Source of the DNA: Candidatus Bathyarchaeia archaeon
Lineage (GTDB): Archaea; Thermoproteota; Bathyarchaeia; Bathyarchaeales; Bathycorpusculaceae
Length of the DNA: 64,000 bases
Assembly (NCBI GenBank): GCA_038883655.1
Contig: JAVZLQ010000004.1
Coordinates: 128,001 to 192,000, forward strand
Direction: 5' to 3'
Shown here: positions 28,800 to 39,200 of the stretch, one piece after another
Layout: the number at the start of each line of letters is the position of its first letter
Position numbering within the stretch: position 1 is the first letter of the stretch
Notes under the pieces: model-generated
Seen by the model: only the letters and a program-made list of their open reading frames with translations
Databases searched by the model: none
Told to the model about the DNA's origin: nothing
Position numbers and translations under genes: made by a program

Positions 28800-29451
28800 G
28801 TTTTCCTCTCCTTAAAATGTTTAGTCCGCTTAGTGCTGTTGGCTGTAGCCTCCAAAGTTGTGCAGTTAATGTTGTTGTAATTGCTGCTTCGCCTAAGCCT
28901 ATCAGGACATGCCAAAAGAGCATGGCTGGAACCGTGGCTACTATGCCCCCAACATTTAAGAACACTGGAAAAATTTCCAATGCGCATGCCAAAGCGCCCA
29001 AAACCACTGAAAGCCAAGAGGCGACAAAAACGCTTACAAAGAACAAGCCTTTCTTACTGGTATTTTTTGCAAGGTATTTTATTATAAAGAAGCTTAGTGC
29101 GCCAATCACTGCCATGTTGAAGATGTTTGCTCCAAGTGCCATTATGCCACCGTCCGCAAAGAATAGCGCTTGCATGAGCAGCACAACGGTCATGCCTAAA
29201 GCTGCAGCATACGGTCCGAGAAGCACAGCGAGGAATGTTCCGCCTACTAGGTGCCCACTTGTCCCGTATGCTATTGGGAAGTTTATCATTTGCGCTACAA
29301 ATATGAATGCGCTTGAAACTGCTAAAAGTGGAGCGAGAGACCTTTCGTATGTGGCTTTTGCTTTTCTCCAAGACCATGCGAGAAAGGCAATTGATATTGC
29401 GTACATTAACGCGGCGATTTCTGGCGTTATTAGGCCGTCTGGTATGTGCAA
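28783..29451 (-). CDS. nikM: Nickel ECF transporter S component NikM (CbiM family)
   Basis: N-terminal MHIPDG, GTSGHLVG, QALFFADGG..ALGAN. Confidence 0.88.
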   Translation of the reverse strand: MHIPDGLITPEIAALMYAISIAFLAWSWRKAKATYERSLAPLLAVSSAFIFVAQMINFPIAYGTSGHLVGGTFLAVLLGPYAAALGMTVVLLMQALFFADGGIMALGANIFNMAVIGALSFFIIKYLAKNTSKKGLFFVSVFVASWLSVVLGALACALEIFPVFLNVGGIVATVPAMLFWHVLIGLGEAAITTTLTAQLWRLQPTALSGLNILRRGKHARLP

Positions 29452-29462
29452 GCTTAAACCTC

Positions 29463-29492
29463 GGTAATACTTTTATGAATTTTAGTATTACC
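29463..29492. promoter_or_regulatory. NikR operator
   Basis: Perfect inverted repeat GGTAATACT-N12-AGTATTACC (GTAATA-N16-TATTAC) between divergent nikM and nikR. Confidence 0.85.
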
Positions 29493-29644
29493 ATTCTACA
29501 TAAAAACTTTGCTGTAAAAATTAACCGCTTTCTAACATTTTTGGAGTTGAAAAGTCGGTAAGTGACCGCTCTCCCCCTCTAGATTTTGGTAAGTCTAGCA
29601 AAAGTTTTATTGTGAGCCCTTTTTAGGTAGTATGTGGGAAATTT

Positions 29645-30052
29645 ATGTCGAAGATTGTTCGTGTAGGTGTAACTTTTCCGCCAGATTTGCTTAAAGATTT
29701 TGACGAGGTTACGCGTAAGATGGGTTATGAGAACCGCTCAAAGGCTGTTCAAGACGCCGTTAGGCTGTTTGTTTCAGAGAAGAAGTGGCTTCAAGAAGAA
29801 CGCGGCGAACAAGCTGGCGTTTTGACGGTACTTTATGATCATGAAGTTAGGGGATTAGAAAGCACACTAACGGATATTCAGCATCACTATTCGCATATAA
29901 TCTGTTCGACAATGCACATTCACCTTAGCGAACGTGATTGTCTAGAGGCTATTGCAGTTAAGGGAAAAGCCGAAGAAATAAGAAAGTTAAGCGGCGAATT
30001 AGCCTCAAAAAGAGGTGTTAAAATACTTAAAATAACTATTGTTCACGTTTAG
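29645..30052 (+). CDS. nikR: Nickel-responsive regulator NikR
   Basis: RHH N-terminus (RVGVT..LLKDFD..NRSKAVQDA), HxH..C nickel site (MHIHLSERDCLE). Confidence 0.93.
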   Translation: MSKIVRVGVTFPPDLLKDFDEVTRKMGYENRSKAVQDAVRLFVSEKKWLQEERGEQAGVLTVLYDHEVRGLESTLTDIQHHYSHIICSTMHIHLSERDCLEAIAVKGKAEEIRKLSGELASKRGVKILKITIVHV

Positions 30053-30969
30053 CCTTTCTTGTTTGTTATTTCAAACATTCGTTCTAAGGCTTTTCTGGCG
30101 CGCTTTGCTATCGGCTCTGGAACATTAACAACGTACTTTTCCTCTTTTAAGGCGACGTAAAGCCTCTCAAGAGTGTTCAACTTCATGTTTGGGCATATGG
30201 CCTCCTCGTAGGCTAGAATAAATTTTTTTTGCGGGTTATCCTTCCTTAGCCGATGCAAAAGCCCCTCTTCAGTGGCAACAATAAACGTTTTTGCGCTGCT
30301 TTCCTTTGCATAACGGCACATCTGCGAGGTACTCCCAACGAAATCAGCTGTTCTACGCATTTCCTGCGTGCATTCCGGATGAACCATGACCACGGCATCT
30401 GGATACTGCGCCTTAAGAACTTGCACTTCCTCTGGCTGAAAAAGCAGATGCGTGGGACAAAAGCCCCATTCTGGGATTGGGATAATTGTTTTTCCAGTTT
30501 TTTCTTGGACGTGTTCAGCCAAGTTTCTGTCTGGTCCGAAGAGGATTGTTTCCGCATTTATTGATTCTATTACTTCAACAGCGTTAGCTGATGTGCAGCA
30601 GATATCGCAGTAAGCTTTTGCCGATGCCAAAGTATTAACGTACAGGACTACTGGAACGAGTGGATAGAGAACTTTCCACCTTTTAATTTCGTCAACCGTT
30701 AGCATCTGCGCCATTGGACAGCGCGCGCCAAGGGTTGGCAGCAAAACCTTCTTTTCTGGGTTAAGTATCGCCGCGGATTCAGCCATAAAATCCACTGCTG
30801 AGAAAAGTATGATTTCAGCTTCTTTTTCCTCCATGGCTTTTCTGCTCAACTCTATGCTATCGCCAACGTAGTCCGCTATATCTTGGATTTCTGGTCTTTG
30901 ATAGTTGTGGGCCAAGATTACGGCTTTCTTCTCTTTCTTCAACTTGAGTATTTTGTCAGCTAATGCCAC
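30049..30969 (-). CDS. nadA: Quinolinate synthase NadA
   Basis: ILAHNYQ, GDS, FMAE, CPMA, YVNT, CTSAN, CPTH, HPEC, GSTS, CPNM. Confidence 0.96.
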   Translation of the reverse strand: MALADKILKLKKEKKAVILAHNYQRPEIQDIADYVGDSIELSRKAMEEKEAEIILFSAVDFMAESAAILNPEKKVLLPTLGARCPMAQMLTVDEIKRWKVLYPLVPVVLYVNTLASAKAYCDICCTSANAVEVIESINAETILFGPDRNLAEHVQEKTGKTIIPIPEWGFCPTHLLFQPEEVQVLKAQYPDAVVMVHPECTQEMRRTADFVGSTSQMCRYAKESSAKTFIVATEEGLLHRLRKDNPQKKFILAYEEAICPNMKLNTLERLYVALKEEKYVVNVPEPIAKRARKALERMFEITNKKG

Positions 30970-30994
30970 ACTTTTCGCCTTTTAAACCTGTTGT

Positions 30995-31094
30995 TTGTAA
31001 GGATTTTCTAACAGCATTGATGGATATATCCTTTACTTGCAATTTCTTTTGCGGATGCCTCAACATACTTGTAAGGATTTTCTAACAGCATTGA
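30995..31094. repeat. Perfect 26-bp direct repeat upstream of nadA
   Basis: TTGTAAGGATTTTCTAACAGCATTGA at 30995-31020 and 31069-31094, 48 bp apart. Confidence 0.9.
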
Positions 31095-31251
31095 AAAAGA
31101 AACAGAAACTTAATGCCACGTTTCAGCGCTAACTTGCGGGAATTTCGCCTATATGGCAGAAGGGACAACCCTTGCTTTTCTTTGTCCATAAGGCAGCCGT
31201 TTATTTCCAAGCTCCACAGTTCACTTTGCCGCTTTTTAGACTACACGTTGC

Positions 31252-31452
31252 TTATTGCTTTCTTTTTTCTATGATTAATCTTTTTCCGTCAATTTTTACG
31301 GTTACGTCTTCGCCTACCTTGAACGGAAAACTTGTATCTGTAGAAACCTCCTTGGGTATGTAAATGAAAATTTTGCTGTATTTCTTCCCTCTATCTACGA
31401 CTTTTCCTTTTCCTTCACCCGTCATAGGCGCACTTGCGCCCCAACAATACAA
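31252..31452 (-). CDS. AbrB/MazE/SpoVT-like DNA-binding protein
   Basis: IYIPKEV....FPFKVGEDVTVKIDGKRLIIE; true start probably internal ATG (MTGEG). Confidence 0.75.
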   Translation of the reverse strand: MYCWGASAPMTGEGKGKVVDRGKKYSKIFIYIPKEVSTDTSFPFKVGEDVTVKIDGKRLIIEKRKQ

Positions 31453-31494
31453 ATTAAATTAATTTTGATTACGTAATGATATAAAAATTTTTAG

Positions 31495-32346
31495 CTAGGA
31501 TCTTACTGTGAATTCGCAGTAGGCATCTCCTTTTGCCACGCATTTAGTTTCATTAACTTTTACCTCTTTTCCAAAAAAGCGGGTGAACATGCCAGCAATA
31601 GCGCCTCTATAAAATTGGCTGTATGGTTCTTTGCTTCCTTTGCCTAATTCGCATTCAAAACTTTCGTATATGCGTAATTGAGCTGTTCCCTTTTCAATGT
31701 CTACTTTTACATTGTCAATTATTCCCCAACCTAACGTCATATTAGTCGCTTTAGCCACCTCGATCAAATCTTCCAGATTTTCTGAACCAGCAGTATTGAC
31801 GTATTCGTCATACGCATTAAATCCAATAGTAAAACCTTGGTAATATAGCATGACGTCTCCCGCGGAACCGAATTTTTTCCTAATTCCAGTAAATAAAGCT
31901 CCATAAATCGACTTCCTGAATATTACAACTCTCTGGTTTTCGGCAATCACCAACGGGAAAAAGTAGTTATCATAAAAAATGCCATTCCTGTCGGGTTTTA
32001 TGAGTTGGGCGTTAACTACAAAACTTTGGCTTTTAATAAGATTTAGGACTTGTTCAGGTGAAATTTTGGCTTCTGAGAAGTCTAGGAATGCAATAGCAGT
32101 TAAAACTGGTTTGTCTATTTCCTCCATTGAAAATTGAATGTAACGAACAACAACGCCTGAACCATACGCAAGCCCAGACAATTTCTTAAGCGCACTTACA
32201 TCCACTTTCGATTCTATGACAAATCCGTAAATTTTCTTGTTTTTGTCAGAAAGCATGATCCTTCCAATGTTTAAAGGTTTAAAACGTCCCTTGTGGCTTC
32301 GCTGTACACCTTTTTGTGTAACTTGGTAGGTGCACAACATAACCAC
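31495..32346 (-). CDS. V4R-domain protein with ACT-like N-terminus
   Basis: GWG..V...ESFEC...SQFYRGAIAG...ETKCVAKGDAYCEF. Confidence 0.85.
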   Translation of the reverse strand: MVMLCTYQVTQKGVQRSHKGRFKPLNIGRIMLSDKNKKIYGFVIESKVDVSALKKLSGLAYGSGVVVRYIQFSMEEIDKPVLTAIAFLDFSEAKISPEQVLNLIKSQSFVVNAQLIKPDRNGIFYDNYFFPLVIAENQRVVIFRKSIYGALFTGIRKKFGSAGDVMLYYQGFTIGFNAYDEYVNTAGSENLEDLIEVAKATNMTLGWGIIDNVKVDIEKGTAQLRIYESFECELGKGSKEPYSQFYRGAIAGMFTRFFGKEVKVNETKCVAKGDAYCEFTVRS

Positions 32347-32515
32347 CCAAGGTAGTTATTTAATAAAAAACAACAGCATATATGCCTTGTTAACCCAAAA
32401 TCTGAAACACAAAAACTAACTCCAAAGAAACAAAATACAAATACCTCAAAACAACAATAGAAAACTCCACATACTCAAAATTCAAAAACTAAAATTTCTA
32501 ATTTGGTATAATTTA

Positions 32516-32632
32516 TGCGGCGGGCCGGATTTGAACCGGCGAACCCCTACGGGAGAGGATGGCTCATAGGAGTTTAGCCTTTAAACATCGATCTTGAGTC
32601 CTCCGCCTTTGACCTGGCTTGGCTACCGCCGC
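32516..32632 (-). tRNA. trnL: tRNA-Leu(CAA) with 32-nt intron at position 37/38 (intron 32561-32592)
   Basis: Acceptor GCGGCGG/CCGCCGC+A, anticodon stem GAGGA/TCCTC with CT-CAA-GA, long variable arm, T arm GCCGG-TTCAAAT-CCGGC; BHB-like CTCA/TGAG helix. Confidence 0.93.
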
Positions 32633-32863
32633 TTACAAGTTTTTCTGGTTTTCTTTCTTATTAATTATTTGTTTATCGCGTGTGAATGTAGGTTTTGTAC
32701 AAAAAAGTTTATTAATGAGGTGTGGGGTTTACGTTTTTAGCTCTTTAAGATTGGAGACTTTTTAGTTGGATGACCCTCGCATCGGAGGAAATTGAAGGTT
32801 TGAAAAGGTACGCGTCAAATGTTTCCTATACGTTTATGTTTGAAATTGAATGGAGGATTCCGA

Positions 32864-35800
32864 TTGGATGAATTTTTAAAAGAGGATAGAAATCAGCTTT
32901 TGAAGGCATTCTTTAGAGAAAAGGGTCTCGTGCGTCAGCATTTGGACTCTTTCAACGAGTTCATCGACCACGGCCTTCAAGAGGTCATAGACGAAGTTGG
33001 CGAAATCCCGATAGAGGTTCCGGAAAGCCCCTACAAGGTTAAGCTTGGACAGGTTTGGATAATAGATCCACAGACTAGGATAACTGGGCCTTACGTGACC
33101 GAAGTCGACGGGACAAAGCATGAAATTTACCCAATGGAGGCGAGGCTCCGCAACCTAACCTACGCAGCTCCAGTGGCGCTTGAAATGACGCCAGTGATTG
33201 ACGGAAGAGAGCAAGACACGGAGCTTGTATTTATTGGAAACATTCCAGTAATGCTCAAATCAAAGCTGTGCTTCTTATCACAACTTTCAAGGGAAGAGTT
33301 AATAGCTTGTGGAGAAGACCCAGACGACCCTGGGGGCTACTTTATTGTTAATGGTTCTGAGCGCGTTATTGTTGCGATGGAGGACTTGGCTCCTAACCGC
33401 ATTATTGTTGACATAGACGAGAAGGGTACAACGCCAGTTTATCAGGCTAAGATGTTTTCAACCACTGTTGGTTTTAGGGCAAGGATTGAGCTTAAACTGA
33501 AATCTGATGGGGTAATCTATGTTTCGATGCCAGGCGTGCCTTCGGAAATTCCGCTCGTTGTGGTGATGCGCGCTCTAGGATTGGAGTCAGATAAGGAAAT
33601 AGCTGAAGCCATTTCTTTGGATAGGGATATTCAAGCTCAGCTTGAGGCAACATTTGAAAAGTCCCTCGGCGTTGACACGGTGAAAGACGCAATATTATTT
33701 ATTGGCAACCGTGTTGCACACGGCCAAGTTGAGGAGTACCGCATCCAAAAGGCTGAAACAATACTCGACAAGAACTTTTTGCCGCATATTGGGAGAACAA
33801 GCCAAAGCAGAAGGGCTAAAGCAATTTTTTTAGGCGAGATGGCGTGTCGCGTAATTGAATTAAAACTTGGGAGGAGACAACCAGACGACAAAGACCACTT
33901 TAAAAACAAGAGGCTGCGACTTGCTGGTCCACTGCTTGCAGACCTCTTCCGAGTGGCGTTCAGAAACCTTGTAAGGGACATAAAATATCAGCTTGAACGC
34001 ATAGGCGTCAAAGGTCCCATAATAACTGTTTCTGCGGCTGTTCGTCCAGGAATAATAACCGAAAGGCTTCAGCATGCGCTTGCAACTGGAAATTGGGGAA
34101 GGGGGCGCGTCGGCGTAACACAGCTTTTGGATAGAACAAATCACCTTTCAACCCTAAGCCACCTTCGAAGACTGCAGTCTCCATTAAGCAGGAGCCAACC
34201 AAACTTTGAAGCAAGAGACTTGCATCCAACACATTGGGGTCGGTTATGCCCAAATGAGACACCTGAAGGCTCAAACTGCGGACTTGTCAAAAATTTGGCT
34301 TTGTCCGCTTGCATCTCCGTTGGCGTAAACCCAGAAAAAATGAAGCAGGTGCTTTTCGATATGGGCGTGGTTCCTATAGAAGAGGCGAACGAAACCCTCA
34401 AGCTTTCTGGAGCCAAAGTTTTTGTTGATGGAAACATAATTGGTTACTGCGTTTCTCCAGAAAAGTTGACACGCGAATTTAGGGAAAGGCGTAGAAGAGG
34501 CGAAATCTCAACCGAAGTCAACATAGCCTATTACCCGAAACTTCAAACAAAAAGAGAAGAGGTTTACGTTAACTGCGACGAGGGAAGGGTGCGGCGTCCA
34601 CTCATAATAGTTGATAATGGCGTGCCAAGGCTTCAGCGTGAACACGTTGAGAAGGTGGTTTCCGGAGAATGGTCTTGGGAAGACCTTGTCAAAAACGGTT
34701 TAATCGAATACCTTGACGCCGAGGAGGAGGAAAATGCCTATGTTGCCGTCAGCCAAGAAGAGCTAACGCCAGAACACACACACTTAGAGATTGCAACTTA
34801 CACAATTCTTGGAATATGCGCATCAACAATACCATACGCAGAACACAACCAGTCGCCACGTAACTCTTACCAAGCAGCAATGGCAAAACAAGCCTTAGGC
34901 GTTTACGCCACAAACTTCCATCAAAGAGTCGACTCAAGGTCGCACATACTTCATTATCCACAAGTGCCTCTCGTCGAAACCGCATTGATGGATGTTATGG
35001 GTTATAAACTTCGCCCCTCCGGGCAGAACTGCGTGGTTGCTGTTCTCTCCTATGAAGGCTATAATATGGAAGACGCCCTAATATTCAACAAAGCCTCAAT
35101 AGAAAGGGGATTAGCTCGCTCAACCTTTTACAGAATATATGAAGCTGAATGTCGCCAATACCTTGGAGGTTCGAAAGACAAGTTTACGCTGCCAGAGCCC
35201 GGAACACGCGGATACAGGGGCGAACAGTACTACAGACTGCTTGAGCCAGACGGAATAATAAGTTTGGAGGCTGCTGTTGCCGGTGGAGACGTACTCATAG
35301 GCAGAATTAGCCCGCCAAGGTTCATCGAGGAGTACAAGGAGTTTGAGGTTAAGGGTCCATCAATGCGTGACACTTCCGTGGACATGCGCCCATCCGAAAC
35401 TGGTATTGTGGATGCAGTGTTCTTAACGGAGTCTGGAGAAGGAAGCAAGCTTGTGAAGGTTAGGGTGCGCGATCAGCGTATACCAGAGTTGGGCGACAAG
35501 TTTGCCTCGCGTCACGGGCAAAAAGGCGTTATAGGGTTGATTGTTCCACAAGAGGACTTGCCCTTCACCGAGGATGGCATTGTTCCAGACATAATAATTA
35601 ACCCGCATGCGATTCCATCAAGAATGACTATTGGACAGTTCATAGAGTCAATCGCTGGGAAGGTTGCCGCTGTACGTGGAAAGTCGGTTGATGGCACACC
35701 CTTCGCAAACGAAAGGTCTGATGAACTTCGAAAAGCGCTTATAAAGCTTGGGTTCAGCCACACTGGAACAGAAGTCTTCTACAATGGCGTAACTGGAGAA

Positions 35801-36229
35801 AAGTTCATTGCAGATGTTTTCGTTGGAATAGTCTATTACCAGAAGCTTCACCACATGGTTGCAGACAAGATACATGCCAGAGCAAGAGGGCAAGTGCAGA
35901 TGCTGACAAGACAGCCCACAGAAGGAAGAGCCAGAGGCGGAGGCTTAAGGTTCGGCGAAATGGAACGCGACTGCTTAATAGGTCATGGCGCGGCGATGCT
36001 CCTCCGTGATAGGCTTCTTGAAGAATCCGACAAGTACACGCTTTATGTATGTGAAAACTGCGGTTACATAGCCTATTACGACATGAAACAGCGCAAGTAT
36101 GTATGCAGGGTCTGCGAGGACAAGGCGAAAATCTCTCCGGTCGTGGTTTCATACGCTTTTAAGCTTCTTCTACAGGAATTGATGAGCCTTTGTATTGCAC
36201 CTAGATTAAAGCTTAAGGAGAAGGCATGA
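32864..36229 (+). CDS. rpo2: DNA-directed RNA polymerase subunit B (Rpo2), unsplit
   Basis: GYFIVNGSE, GDKFASRHGQKG, GGLRFGEMERD, C-terminal Zn ribbon; likely TTG start at 32864 after GGAGG (ORF track 32819). Confidence 0.97.
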   Translation: MDEFLKEDRNQLLKAFFREKGLVRQHLDSFNEFIDHGLQEVIDEVGEIPIEVPESPYKVKLGQVWIIDPQTRITGPYVTEVDGTKHEIYPMEARLRNLTYAAPVALEMTPVIDGREQDTELVFIGNIPVMLKSKLCFLSQLSREELIACGEDPDDPGGYFIVNGSERVIVAMEDLAPNRIIVDIDEKGTTPVYQAKMFSTTVGFRARIELKLKSDGVIYVSMPGVPSEIPLVVVMRALGLESDKEIAEAISLDRDIQAQLEATFEKSLGVDTVKDAILFIGNRVAHGQVEEYRIQKAETILDKNFLPHIGRTSQSRRAKAIFLGEMACRVIELKLGRRQPDDKDHFKNKRLRLAGPLLADLFRVAFRNLVRDIKYQLERIGVKGPIITVSAAVRPGIITERLQHALATGNWGRGRVGVTQLLDRTNHLSTLSHLRRLQSPLSRSQPNFEARDLHPTHWGRLCPNETPEGSNCGLVKNLALSACISVGVNPEKMKQVLFDMGVVPIEEANETLKLSGAKVFVDGNIIGYCVSPEKLTREFRERRRRGEISTEVNIAYYPKLQTKREEVYVNCDEGRVRRPLIIVDNGVPRLQREHVEKVVSGEWSWEDLVKNGLIEYLDAEEEENAYVAVSQEELTPEHTHLEIATYTILGICASTIPYAEHNQSPRNSYQAAMAKQALGVYATNFHQRVDSRSHILHYPQVPLVETALMDVMGYKLRPSGQNCVVAVLSYEGYNMEDALIFNKASIERGLARSTFYRIYEAECRQYLGGSKDKFTLPEPGTRGYRGEQYYRLLEPDGIISLEAAVAGGDVLIGRISPPRFIEEYKEFEVKGPSMRDTSVDMRPSETGIVDAVFLTESGEGSKLVKVRVRDQRIPELGDKFASRHGQKGVIGLIVPQEDLPFTEDGIVPDIIINPHAIPSRMTIGQFIESIAGKVAAVRGKSVDGTPFANERSDELRKALIKLGFSHTGTEVFYNGVTGEKFIADVFVGIVYYQKLHHMVADKIHARARGQVQMLTRQPTEGRARGGGLRFGEMERDCLIGHGAAMLLRDRLLEESDKYTLYVCENCGYIAYYDMKQRKYVCRVCEDKAKISPVVVSYAFKLLLQELMSLCIAPRLKLKEKA

Positions 36230-39200
36230 TTATGGCAGCGGAAGAAATAGTGCATAAAGTTGTAGATGAAATCCAGTTTGGGTTATTCTCGCCACAGGAA
36301 ATCCGCAAGCTCTCAGTTGTGGAAATTCAAACACCAGACACCTACGACGAGGACGGCGCACCAATAACTGCTGGGCTTATGGACGGTAGACTCGGAACTC
36401 TGGAGCCGAGGCAAAGATGCAGGACTTGTGGAAACACAGCAGTTAGGTGCCCAGGACACTTCGGACATATTGAACTTGCCGTTCCAATAATACACATAGA
36501 ATTTACAAAGCTAATCTATGACCTTTTGAGGTCAACCTGCAGAAACTGCGGACGCATCTTGCTGCCAGACGAAACCATAAAGCGTGTGAGAGCAAAAATT
36601 AACAAAACCAAGCAGCTCTTAGGTGTTGTTCCAGACGAGGTTAGCAAGTGGGTTGTTCAAGAGGCAAAAACTAAGCAGTGTCCACACTGCGGCGCGGTTC
36701 AGTACAAAATAACTTTCGAGAAGCCAACAAAGTTCAGCGAGCAGATTCCAGAAAGTGGTTCTGAACCGCTAACGCCAAGTATGATTCGCGAAAGGCTTGA
36801 ACGGATTCCAGACGACGACCTTGAACTTTTAGGTTTTAACCCCAAAGCTGCACGCCCAGAATGGATGGTTCTGCAAGTTCTTCCAGTCCCACCAGTTTAC
36901 GTTCGCCCATCAATAACGCTTGAAACGGGCATACGCTCGGAAGATGACTTAACCCACAAACTTGTGGACATAATACGCATAAACCAGCGACTAAAGGAAA
37001 ATATGGACGCTGGAGCCCCAACCCTCATAATCCAAGACCTATCAGAACTCTTACAATACCACGTGACAACATACTTCAACAATGAAGCGTCGGGCATACC
37101 GCCAGCAAGACACCGTTCAGGAAGAGCCCTAAAAACGCTCTCGCAAAGGTTGAAGGGAAAAGAGGGAAGATTCAGAAGCAACCTCTCTGGAAAACGTGTT
37201 GACTTTTCAGCGAGAACAGTCATATCGCCGGATCCAAACCTTGACATAAGCGAGGTTGGCGTTCCACAAGAAGTTGCGATGCGCTTATCCGTTCCAGAAA
37301 AAGTCACAGAATGGAACATCGAAGAAATGCGAAAACTTGTGATAAACGGACCGGAAAAATACCCGGGCGCGCTTTACATTATTAGACCAGACGGGAAACG
37401 CATAAGACTAGAGTTTGTAGCGGATAGGACGAAGATTGCTGAGGCGTTAGAGCCAGGCTATATCGTTGAAAGACATCTCAAAAACGGGGACATAGCGATC
37501 TTTAATCGCCAACCATCGCTTCACAGAATGTCCATCATGGCGCATTATGTTCGCGTTTTGCCATACAAGACGTTCCGTCTACACCTCTGTGTTTGTCCAC
37601 CATACAACGCGGACTTCGACGGAGATGAAATGAACCTTCACATACCACAAAGCGAAGAAGCACGCACAGAGGCGCTTATGCTAATGCAAGTTCAAGACCA
37701 GATACTCTCGCCTCGATTTGGCGGTCCAATAATTGGGGCAATACGCGATTTCATAACTGCAGCCTACCTATTCACAAGAAAAAACAATTACTTGACAAAA
37801 AGCGAGGTTGGCAGGCTACTCGCCGCAGCAGGATACGATGGACCATTGCCAGAGCCAAAAATAAAAGAGCCCCAGCCACTTTGGACTGGCAAACAGATTT
37901 TCAGCCTCTTCCTACCAAAAGATTTTAACTACGTTTTGAAGGCAACGATTTGCCAAGGATGCGCCAGGTGTTTAGAGGAAAATTGTCCACATGACGCGTA
38001 TGTTGTTGTAAAAAATGGAGAGTTGATAAGCGGTGTTATAGATAGGCGTTCAATAGGAGCTGAACAATCTGAAAGCCTCCTCCACAGAATAATAAAGGAT
38101 TATGGAACAAAGGCTGGAAGGGAATTTCTAAACAGGATGACAAGGCTTTTGAAGCTTTTCATTTCAATGAGGGGATTCACATACTCATATCAGGAGCTTA
38201 TTCTCTCACCGGAGGCTGAAAACAAGATAAAGGAAACAATGGAGAAAGTCCAGAAAAAAGTCGAGGAACTAATAGAAAGCTATCGAAAAGGCACATTGCA
38301 AAGGCTTCCAGGACAGACACTTGAGGATTCTTTTGAGATCTACATTATGAATGAACTGGCAAAGGCAAGAGATGATGCTGGTAAAATAGCGGACAAAGAC
38401 TTCACGCTTGAAAATTCTGGCATTGTGATGACGCGGACAGGCGCGAGAGGATCAAACCTTAACATTGGGCAGATGAGCGCTTGTGTGGGACAGCAGTCGG
38501 TGCGAGGCAAAAGAATACTGCGTGGATATATCGGACGTGCACTCCCACACTTTAAAGCTGGCGACCCAAGTCCAAGAGCTAGGGGGTTCGTCTACTCATC
38601 CTACCAGAGAGGACTTGACGCCATTGAATTCTTCTTCCATGCCATGGGAGGGCGCGAGGGACTCGTCGACACGGCTGTTAGGACACAGCAAAGCGGTTAC
38701 ATGCAGAGACGACTAATCAACGCCCTCGAACACATACGCCTAGAATATGATGGAACTGTTAGGAACTCTGCTGGAGACATAATTCAGTTCAAATATGGCG
38801 AGGATGGAGTTGATCCAGCAAAGAGCGACCATGGAAAAGCCGTTAACGTCAACAGACTTGTCGACCAAGTAAGAATAGCAACTGAAGGCGGCAAACCCGC
38901 GGAAGTCGAATACATCAAAAAGAAGATTGAGGAGGTCAAAGACCAACTCACGCCCCTGCTTGTAGAAGAACTTAAGCAATGCTTGTCAAAGGCAAAAATA
39001 AGTAAGGAAGGGGTGGACAAAGCAGTAAAACTAACAGTCGAGCATTATAAACGCTCCTTGATGGAGCCAGGCGAGGCAGTCGGCATAATTGCAGCCCAAT
39101 CAATAGGTGAGCCTGGCACACAAATGACGCTTAGAACTTTCCATTATGCTGGTGTTAGGGAGCAAAACGTAACCTTGGGATTGCCGAGGCTGATAGAGAT

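Noticed and set aside
30995-31094. Possible mini-CRISPR (second copy ends ATTGAAA)
   Set aside because: Only two copies, first lacks the GAAA end, and no cas genes in the window
31100-32516. Integrated element at the tRNA-Leu 3' end (AbrB and V4R genes, A-rich flank)
   Set aside because: No integrase and no duplicated tRNA 3' end (att site) found by eye
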